Shown: positions 55,183-64,000 of the stretch, piece after piece | Position numbering within the stretch: position 1 is the stretch's first letter | How the letters are laid out: the number at the start of each line of letters is the position of its first letter | Source: Tilletiaria anomala UBC 951 | Lineage: Eukaryota | Assembly (NCBI RefSeq): GCF_000711695.1 | Contig: NW_013547019.1 | Coordinates: 124,001 to 188,000 of the forward strand | DNA length: 64,000 nt | Direction: 5' to 3' | The notes under the pieces: generated by a model | Seen by the model: the letters and a program-made list of their open reading frames with translations, nothing else | Told to the model about the DNA's origin: nothing | Databases searched by the model: none | Position numbers and translations under genes: made by a program

Positions 55183-56071
55183 CTCTTGTTTGGAGGTACG
55201 TCGTGCGGGAGAAAGTGGGCGCGAGCAATTGATTGAAGATAATACAAACGCATTGCATCAAGTGTATATACAAAGAATTGATCACTACGACTGCCATACA
55301 GTCTTGGAACCATCGAACTTGAGGTGATGCAACACTTTGCGCTCTCAGATCTCTCAGGCAACTATTCCTTGTTCCACAGGTGCTCCAGGCGGCACCCAGC
55401 ATCGCTGATGGCCGAGGCAGATTGGAACGTACGTGAATTTGGAACGGAGCACGCCTCAGAAGGAAATATCGAAAACGATGCACACCCCGACTGCGAGCAC
55501 GTACAGTATGATCCCTTCTGATCCCAGATCGATGGTCTCTCCAAACTGCCGAATGCTTTTAGAACGCGATTCATGGGCGAGGCCGTGCGAGTGAGAGATA
55601 GAGTTTGATGTCTTCAGACAATCACAAATGTGTGTATATATGTATGTTCGAGCGGGCCATTCAACTTTCATGACATGTTGGCAGCATGCGCTGCCCCACA
55701 TTGCACACAGCCGCAGTGCCACTCTGCCTTCGACACGTCAATCGACGGAGCTGTTGGCCACCAGTGCACCGTGCCCTCGTTACTTGATTCCGTCGTATCT
55801 GGTGCTCGGTACTGATGTTCGCCTGCACATGTCATTCTTCTTCTACCCGACATTGCTGCGCACGAGAAGTTCCATCGTCGAGAGAAAGAAGAGTCCTTGG
55901 CTCTGATCGATCGTCCTGCTGCTCATCCCTGTATTGCAGCATCCCAAACCGCGCTCGATCCCACCGCAGAGTAGAATTGCACGAGACTTGTTCAAATCGG
56001 TCAAGTCCGCCGCTCTGCCTGCTTCATCCGTAAATCAATAGGAAGAAGACACATGACCAGAACTAGCAACG

Positions 56072-57410
56072 ATGCCGAGCATTCCTGTCGCTAATCCAGG
56101 CACAACCAGCACAGAGTTTGTGCCAAGCGAGGCAAAACCAGCCATCAAGTTCTTTGTGAAGCGATGGACCCCCTCCACGAGCCCGCCAACCGCTGCTGTC
56201 CTCTTCATTCATGGATTTTTGGAGAACATTGAGCGATACGACCATGTGTTTCCCGTGTTCGCTTCCAAGGGCATCGCAGTCACAGCCTTTGATCAGCGAG
56301 GGTTTGGGAAAACAGCAAAGGATGGCACAGACAGCTGGAAAAAGAACCATGGCAACACGACGAGATCCTTGCAGTATCAGGATATTGCGCAGTTTCTCAA
56401 GGACGAAAGGAAGAGGCTCGACCAGGAGTATGGTCCCAGGTCCGTCCCCCTCTTTCTCGTTGGCCACAGCATGGTGAGAGAAGCAACGGCGTTCATTGTC
56501 TCATGATGACTGACCATTATCATCCGATTCACAGGGTGGAGGCCTCGCATTGGCCACTTTCACCAGGCCCAAATCAGAGGCCTTCTTCCCCAGCGCCGTC
56601 CTTCAAGATGTAAAAGGAGTCGTTGCGCTCGCCCCATGGCTCCTGCTCGTCGACGTAAGTGTCGGCCGGTGGTCTTTTGCAAGTTCTTTTACAAGCGGCT
56701 GACGCACTCCCAACGCAGAATCCGCCATCGATTGTACCAACAGCAGCTGGCTACCTCATCTCTATCTACCCTGGCGCCAAAAAGCAAGCCCCTTTGAATC
56801 CTGAATATGTGTCGAAAGACCCGGAAGTGGTCGCGGAATACCGAAAGAACCCGTTCACGAACCCCAATGTGCGTATTCCTGTGCAGCCGAGCACGTACAG
56901 TTACCTCAAGCTCTCAAAGTTTGATTTCTTCATGGCCAGGTCTACCTCAAAGCCATCCATGGTCCGCTTGCTAGTGGTCTGAACATCTTGAACAAGGAGT
57001 ACGTCAATTTTCCCAATGACAAGCCGTTGCTCATCGTGCACGGCACGGCGGACAAGGTGTGCGACATCAAGGGTAGCAGAGACTTTATTCAGAGGGTCCA
57101 GGCGGACGACAAACAGCTGATCGAGATGGAAGGATTGTACCATGAACTGCACAACGAGCAAGGTGACGAGAAGGTGAAAGCCATCAACCATGTCATTGAG
57201 TGAGTTCTCTGCGTCGCGGTCGGCAAGTGCTCGCCGTCTGCACCAAACTGTGTGACCAGGACTAACTGCGCATGCATTTTGGACAATTTCAGCTGGATTC
57301 TTGCCCATGCAAAGAGCCCCGGAGGCCCGGAGTCGTCGGCTTCGGCTCCGAGCGCCTCTGCGGCCCCTGTCACAGCTACCTCCGTGCCTACCAGCGCAGA
57401 CAGTGAGTAG
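56072..57410 (+). CDS. Alpha/beta-hydrolase, monoglyceride lipase/lysophospholipase (Yju3-like); probably the N-terminal half of a fusion with the downstream GT8
   Basis: FIHGFLE, AFDQRGFGKT, GHSM|GGG nucleophile elbow split by an intron, LLIVHGTADKV, GLYHELHNE; the last exon encodes a Ser/Ala/Pro/Thr-rich linker. Confidence 0.88.
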
Positions 57411-57528
57411 AGTTGCCCACTGTAATGCAGGTTGCACCAGCTTCGAGGCATAGCACCGTGGCCCTTATGAAATGACCCTTATACCACTTCTCTTGACGTC
57501 CGATCCTTTTCGCTGCGTTCTTCTTCAG

Positions 57529-58757
57529 CTTCGGCAAAGAAGGCCTGGGCGACGCTGCTGACTGGCGAAAAGTACCTGCCGGGCTTGTTCGTTTTCTCGC
57601 GCAGCCTGCTGCATGGACGGAACGCAAGTAGATACCCGCTTATCGTAATGGTGACCGACGATGTCTCGGCGGAGGCACAGCAAGTCATCAAGGAGATGGG
57701 CTGCATTGTACGGAGAGTTGATGCGCTCATGCCGACGCAAAAATCTGAGGTGCATCGCCGCTCACTGCGTTGCGAGCGGTCGTATACAAACCGCATCTGA
57801 CCCATCTCCTGCTTTCTTGTGCAGATGCTTGCAGAGGAACGGTTCTCGCTCGTCTGGACAAAGCTTCGTGCCTTTGAGTTGGAAGAGTATGAGCGCGTGA
57901 TCTTGATCGACTCGGACATGTTGGTCAGGAGGAATATGGATGAGCTCATGACTTGCAAGCTCGATAGCGACAGCGGCATCGCTGCGAGTTTCGCTTGCAC
58001 GTGCAACCCTCGCAAGGTCGCGTCATACCCCGCATCCTGGTTAGTTTCAATCTCTGACACTGTTGCTGGATGTTGCTAAGGCTCAGATATTCACGCGCTA
58101 CACGATAGGATATCCGCGAACTGTGCTTTCACACCACAGTCGCACCCCGACGCCCTAACTCATCCCACAACCGTGACACCAGAATCACGCGACAACTATC
58201 ATTTGTTGAACAGCGGCCTCGTCGTGCTTACCCCGTCCAAGGCGGTGATGGAGGATATGAGCAGGCAAATCGCTACAGATCCAGAGATCCCGGCCTTCCG
58301 CTTCCCAGATCAGGACTTCCTCGCCAAATATTACAAAGGACGCTTCACTCCACTCCCTTGGGTCTACAATGCGCTGAAGCCGTTGCGTAAGTGCCACACC
58401 AACATTTGGCGCGACGAGGAGGTCCGCAACGTGCACTACATTCTTGAGTAAGTCATCGCGAATGTGCACAAGTGCGTGGTTAAGTTTTTTTAACATATCT
58501 GCCGCCTCTTCATGCTCTCACTCTCCACAAGCAAACCATGGGCCGTGGGCTACCCTGGCAACGAGGAAGATGACCCAGATGCGGTGACGCACAGCTGGTG
58601 GTGGAAAGCATACGAGGATGCCAAGGCGCATCGTGAAGGTTTGCTGGCCGAAAGCGACCAATGGGAAGAGTACATTGGGCGCTTCGTGCGCGAGGAGCCA
58701 AGGGATGTCGTGAATGCGGCCCAACCACAGCCGGCGCTTGGGACACCTGCACAGTAA
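57529..58757 (+). CDS. Glycosyltransferase family 8 (glycogenin/galactinol-synthase-like) domain; has no start codon of its own
   Basis: KAWATLLTGEKYLPGL, YPLIVM, WTKLRAFEL..YERVILIDSDM (DXD), CTCNP, LNSGLVVLTPS, FPDQDFL, LPWVYNALK, VHYIL|KPW. Confidence 0.9.
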
Positions 58758-59354
58758 GTACTTGACTTCTCGACCCCTAGCCCATCACATTGCCTGGAGG
58801 CACCGTTAACCACGTTCTCGTTGCTTCTATCGGTTGTGTGTGCATAACCAGGGCAATCGAGGCCCATCTGTGACAGGATGACACCCAAGGCATCTTGCAT
58901 GTTATCGAACTGGCTTTTTGTACTAAAGGAACGTATGCAGGCCTCTTCAGCGTAAAGTGTACGAAGGCGTGCATCTGGGAATCACAAACATTTTAAATTA
59001 GTAGTGGAGTTGATGCGGGCGCTTATGTACGCCGCGTTATGTGCACATACCACTACGCAGCGCCGCTGGAGGGGGAGCTTCCACTATTAGAACGCTGTGT
59101 CACTATGAAGATATACACTTAACTGTATTCGATGAAGCACCTAGCAAGGATAGTTGCGACTCACGGCTACATTCATAACGGGGTCCAAAACCAAAGCAAA
59201 TATATGTATCCGTCGCCCTGCTGCCAACACGCACCCCTACATGGCGTCCTTGCGCTCGCAGCTGACAAGGAGCTGAAGGTACAAGTATTGATCAGGTTCA
59301 GACCGTCAGTAGGCGGCCAATACTGGCGCGCTGACGGACAACAAGTTAGTCAGC

Positions 59355-62300
59355 ATGCCGTCTGCTCACCACAATATCGTGGCTGGCACGTCTAGATGCA
59401 CCACGAACGCTTCTGGTAGCAGCATCGCCCAAGGAGGTCTATCAAGTCAACGGCGTAGTGTGGCAAGTGTTCCGGACGACGCCATAGACGTGCCGTCCAA
59501 CGCACTCGCAGCTGCCGCGATCGAGTCCTCGAACAATTCCAAGAAGCTGCTAAAAAATTTGACTTTTGCGCCACTGGACCTCGACAAGATTCCAGCTTCA
59601 CCAATAATATCGTCCAGAGACGGTGATGATCTCTTTGATAGCGATGGCCGTGAACCTGCCGCTGCAGGCAATCCTGCCCGAGTGGCGAATAGGGGTGCAT
59701 CTGGCACGACAGGTGGACGAGATGCACGGAGATTACAGACTGATTTCGAAGAACTGGACGTAATTTCGCGCCTGTCCACTCAAAGGCGGCAAGCTGGTGA
59801 AGGCGGCCATGATGCAAGAGTCGACGACCTGTTCTTGCAGGTTGAGAGGCAAAGAACCTACCCTCTTATCCACCTGATTCATCAAGGCGAGTCGCGAGAG
59901 CACTTTTCCATTGTGCGAGAGCCTGACTGAGAGTTCTTGCAATTCTGCTTCAGACGTTAAGCGCACGATTGATACCCACCTGACTTGGGAGGAGCTCACG
60001 TCGGTGGATTTGAATTTTGCCCTTGTCCGGCCCTTGGCAGTCAAATACGCTAAGCTCCGCAGCCCAGCCGTAATTTACGGCTTCCTCTTCAACAAGATCC
60101 AGTTTCTGCGAGAAGCTTCAGCAGATATTGCCTTCCAGCAGATCAATGCAACGCGCGGCATGATGTGCGAGCTCTTGGCCATCAAGCTCCTCCGAACCTT
60201 CAGCGCCGATGGCATCGAGCTCGTCACAGTCCTGACAGCACCATTCTCACCATTTAACGGCATAGAGCTTAGCCCACGGTACCAAGAGCAGCTACGACGC
60301 CAGCAAGAAGCAAATCACAGCTTGGATCTATCTGAAAGCGACACCACGCGCCGTAATGTAATGCTTGCCAATGCGTCCGGCTTTTGTTCCGCCAATCCCA
60401 ACTTATCAGGTAACGGGTCTCGTTTCAACCTGGGCGGCAGAGGTCAACAGCGTGATGCAGCTCAGGCGTCTTGCTCCGCGCTGGAGCTTGCATTGTTTTC
60501 CTCCTCCAAGAAATTCATCAAGTCGCCACTCTGCCAAAAAGTCGTCCAGGGTATCTGGGAAGGCACAGTGGTGATTTCGAGCGCGTCCAATCATGCGATT
60601 CTAAATGATGATTACAAGCGCAAGCCGCTCAGCATTTACGACCCCCGTACCGCGCCTTTGCTCAATCATTACCGGCTCAAAGTGCCACAAGTCCGCAGTC
60701 GCCTGGAGTTCCTCAATTTCATCATCCTGTTTGGCTTCTTTATTCTCTGTTTGTGAGTCGCCAGCATGGTTCCTGTCACACATGCGGAGCGGCAACTTTT
60801 GACGAGTCCATATCTTCGACGTCGTCCTTGCAGAGGGCAGAAGGAAAGTCCAACCTGGACCACGTGGGAGACTCTATTCACGATCTGGCTTGCAGGTTTT
60901 GCACTAGACGAGGTGGCTCAAGCCCAGGAGCACGGCTGGAATGTTTACCTCGGCTCAGTATGGGTAAGTGCAACCGCATACCGTAACAAAGCCAACAAAG
61001 CCAATGCCGAAAGGCACTGACTTGGGCGCCCCTTACATCAGAATCTCATCGACAGCCTCTTTGTGGTTATTGCCACCGTGTGGCTGGGCATGCGCGTCAT
61101 TGCGTTGCGCACAGACAACGCAGACCTTTCTAGCATGAGCTTTGATATCCTTGCTCTCGGTGCAGTCCTGCTTTGTCCCCGAGTCGCCAGCGCTCTCGTC
61201 AGAGACAACATTGTTCTCCTCGCGCTGCGAGAGATGCTGGCTGATTTTGCCTTGTGAGTGTCTGTCACTGCTTCAAACCATCTCGGAGACAGGCGCGGCA
61301 ATTGACGCGCGATGTGTCCCACTCTCGACACGCTCTGCAGCTTCATTGGCTTGGCTGCTGTGTGCTTTAGCGGGTTTTGGTACGCCTTTTACACCCTCTC
61401 TGATCACGAAAAGTGGCCTCCTTTCCGCATCCTGGACATGATGCTGAAGATTTGGTTTGGAAACACATGTGAGTCATCGCTGAAAGAACCAAACGAGCTC
61501 GGGAGTCTTACTATCCTTTGCTTTTGGCTGTGATCGAACAGTCATTGGCTTTGACGCGGCGCAAAACTTTAATGAAGTGATAGGCCCACCTTTGATGGTA
61601 CTATACTCGATCGTCTCGTCAGTCAAACCTACACGCTTTATTACGCACCGTTACAGAGCACTGAAACGCTTCGCACTCGCACAGAAATACGCTTCTCTTG
61701 ACGGTGCTAGTCTCCCTCCTGTCGAACACGTTTTCCGTCGTGCGCGAGAATGCCGCCGAGGAAGTTCAATTCCATCATACATTCCAGACACTGGCAGGCG
61801 TCTCCACGGATGCACTCTTCTCCTACGTCCCACCATTGAACCTGCTGTGCGTTACCATTGTCTATCCTGCCTCGTTCATTCTCACACCAAGGTGGATACA
61901 CAAACTCAATGGTGAGAGTCGCCGCCCGTCGAATGCGCCGGTTGCAGCGCCATCCTGACCATTTCTGCGTTGTGATTCAGTCTTCCTGATCCGCTTCACG
62001 TCATTTCCTATCTTACTCGGGATCCATGTGGCGGAGCGCTGGAAGTTCAGAAGCGGGTTCGAAATCACAGCCAAACGAGCAGGCCAGGTCTTCACATGGC
62101 TGCCTCTTTCTATAAGTGGTAAGGCAGGCAGTCTGGAGGTCATTGACGAAGTGTTCATCAGCGAACACGACATGGGGAACGACGCGCAATCCTCTTGGGA
62201 ATCTGAAGCTCTCAAACAGGTTCAGGAGCAAACGAACGTGGATGCAGACGCTGCGCATCGTCTCAGCCGCCAGTTGATGGAACAGCCGGGTGCTTCACCG

Positions 62301-62618
62301 CACCCAGACGCGCGTTCGAACGCGATCCAGGAAAATGATGTAGGCACCGCTCTGTCGGGAGGCGAGAGTGCGCGACGGCGTCCGTCGGATGACGGCTACA
62401 TTCAAGGCTTCGGCCACCTCTCTAGCCCACTCGCCAAGCTTTTTGGGCGGCGCAATCGCGCGGGAGACAATATGCCAGACGGCAGCAACAGGCAGGTGGA
62501 AACAGAGCAACAGCCGCTCGACACTGATGCGCTGCTAACCAAGATTGAGCGGCTGGAGAAGCAGAATGAGAGAATGGAGGACTTGCTGAGGCGATTAATA
62601 GAGCGGTATCCTGCCTGA
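59355..62618 (+). CDS. Fungal TRP-like/Yvc1-related non-selective cation channel; multi-exon
   Basis: CELLAIKLLRTF, ALELAL...KKFIKSPLCQKVVQGIWEG, YRLKVP, several TM segments, LLTVLVSLLSNTFS, FSYVPPLNLL, C-terminal coiled coil. Confidence 0.78.
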
Positions 62619-62714
62619 TGCCACCGAAGGGCAACAGCACCCTGATTACCATGGATAGTACTTGATATCTTTAATGGCCGCCTGGCCTTCAGCATGACAT
62701 TGTCGCGCGCGAAT

Positions 62715-64000
62715 CTAAATTACCCCCAATGGGTCAGAGACAAGCATACCGGGTGGATGAGGATTGTTGGGCTGTCGGCCCAGCGGGCCTGTCTCTACTA
62801 TAAGCGTTTCGACGCCGGAGTCCAAAACAGACTGCATCGACCTAGCACTAGTAAAGCTAGCTGCAGTCAGCGGCTCCTCGGGCGATGCCAACGGCGACTG
62901 GGAGCGCGTCAAACTCGGAAGGCTGCTTTGTGCGGCCATGGATGGCACTGAGCTCGGTAACAGCGAGCAGGTAGTCGCATTTTGAACATAATTTGAAGAG
63001 CCTCTTCTGTTCTGCTCAAGTGCATTCGGCAACCTGACAGAAATGTCTGTTCCCGAAACTAGACCTGGAGATGACTGCTGTGAGCTCATGGGCACACGTG
63101 GCAGGCCGGTGGACGGGGTGCCGGGCGCCAGACCTGCGTCTATTGGTGGCGCGGCAGAAAATTGCTTGTTAGAGGTGGGTTTGGGCGCAGGTGCAGGTGC
63201 AGAGTTGGGGCCCGTTTCAGATTTGGGTTGTGTTGTCGTGTCTGCGGCGGCAGAGCCCAAGATCGCCGGGTCGTACTCTTTGGCGGTGCCAAGCAGCACA
63301 TCTCGAATGTGCTTCAGTGCGGTGATGGACATGAGTGTGGAGATGTCGTCCTGTGTGAGATTTTCCGAGCCACTGGTCGTCATCCGCTCTTCCGCACGTG
63401 GCAGAGGACCAGGCCCGTTCTTCCAGCGAAGCTCCAGAGTTTCTACGCACGAGGCAATCGCGATGCCCATGGCCTTGTTGGCCCCTTTCAGAGCTGAAAG
63501 CTCAGCAGATAATGCGTTTGCATCAGAACCTGAAGATTGATTTGACTGATGAAGCGCAGAGATCGCGGCATTTGCATCAGCCGGGTTCTTGCCGAGCGTC
63601 TTGAGCCTGCGACTCGCAATATCATCCACGAGCGGTGGAAATCCATCGCCGCCCGGTCGAGTGTGCCCACGGCCGGTACCGGCAGCTGTGTATGCATTGA
63701 CCGCGCGATTGACGTTTGACATAGCGTTCCCGACAGCGCGGTTGATGCCGAGTGCGTCAGACCGCTCATAGAGGCCTTTGGCAAGGTCGCTGATGCCCTC
63801 CGGGAAGTACGTAGTAGGTGAAAAGGGAAAGGTTGGTTGTAGTTGCTGCTGCTGCGGGGTAGAAGAATGTCGCGCAGCACCAGCTGTTGGCGCTTCTTGC
63901 ACCCGCAGCGGGCCACCAAACATGCCTGCTCCTAGTCCAGGCCGCTGCCCAAACGTCCTGCCGCTGGCAACTGTCCGAGCAGCCGAGGGGCGACCGCCAG
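62715..64000 (-). CDS. C-terminal part of a protein resembling the fungal TBC1D5-like RabGAP tail; 5' part is outside the window
   Basis: Open frame of more than 400 codons to the window edge; LAKGLYERSDALGINRAV, LKHIRDVL and terminal DPLGV resemble basidiomycete TBC1D5-like tails from memory. The TBC domain itself is not visible. Confidence 0.5.
   Translation of the reverse strand, partial: GGRPSAARTVASGRTFGQRPGLGAGMFGGPLRVQEAPTAGAARHSSTPQQQQLQPTFPFSPTTYFPEGISDLAKGLYERSDALGINRAVGNAMSNVNRAVNAYTAAGTGRGHTRPGGDGFPPLVDDIASRRLKTLGKNPADANAAISALHQSNQSSGSDANALSAELSALKGANKAMGIAIASCVETLELRWKNGPGPLPRAEERMTTSGSENLTQDDISTLMSITALKHIRDVLLGTAKEYDPAILGSAAADTTTQPKSETGPNSAPAPAPKPTSNKQFSAAPPIDAGLAPGTPSTGLPRVPMSSQQSSPGLVSGTDISVRLPNALEQNRRGSSNYVQNATTCSLLPSSVPSMAAQSSLPSLTRSQSPLASPEEPLTAASFTSARSMQSVLDSGVETLIVETGPLGRQPNNPHPPGMLVSDPLGVI

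Noticed and set aside
57424..57480. Independent ATGs for the GT8 gene
   Set aside because: The nearby ATGs are out of frame or immediately stopped, and ATG CAG|GTTGCA has the wrong splice phase for the 57528 acceptor.

Overview
Eukaryotic, intron-containing (GT-AG, mostly 60-130 nt), gene-dense DNA from a basidiomycete fungus. The gene content and protein style suggest Ustilaginomycotina (smut relatives), which is an inference. About 22 protein-coding genes can be reconstructed by hand-splicing: Mon2, a Pex24-family peroxin, an Hmt1-type ABC half-transporter, Atp12, RPP2/RPS15, TRAPPC12-like, Sec72, Skp1, ICT1/Pth4-like, Sec23, DUF1764, a TPT/Sly41-like transporter, an HMG-box TF, a phosphohexomutase, a DCAF8-like WD40 protein, CPA1, a lipase, a GT8, a Yvc1-like channel and a TBC-like partial. 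Highlights: (1) an apparent splice-joined monoglyceride-lipase/glycosyltransferase-8 fusion gene, where intron retention would give the lipase alone; (2) a decayed, internally deleted Argonaute pseudogene with mutated catalytic residues; (3) a divergent arginine-attenuator-peptide uORF whose stop lies inside the CPA1 reading frame; (4) an intron-containing phospho-sugar mutase with gammaproteobacterial-looking motifs next to the Ago relic. Family calls are from motif recognition only; no database search was run.
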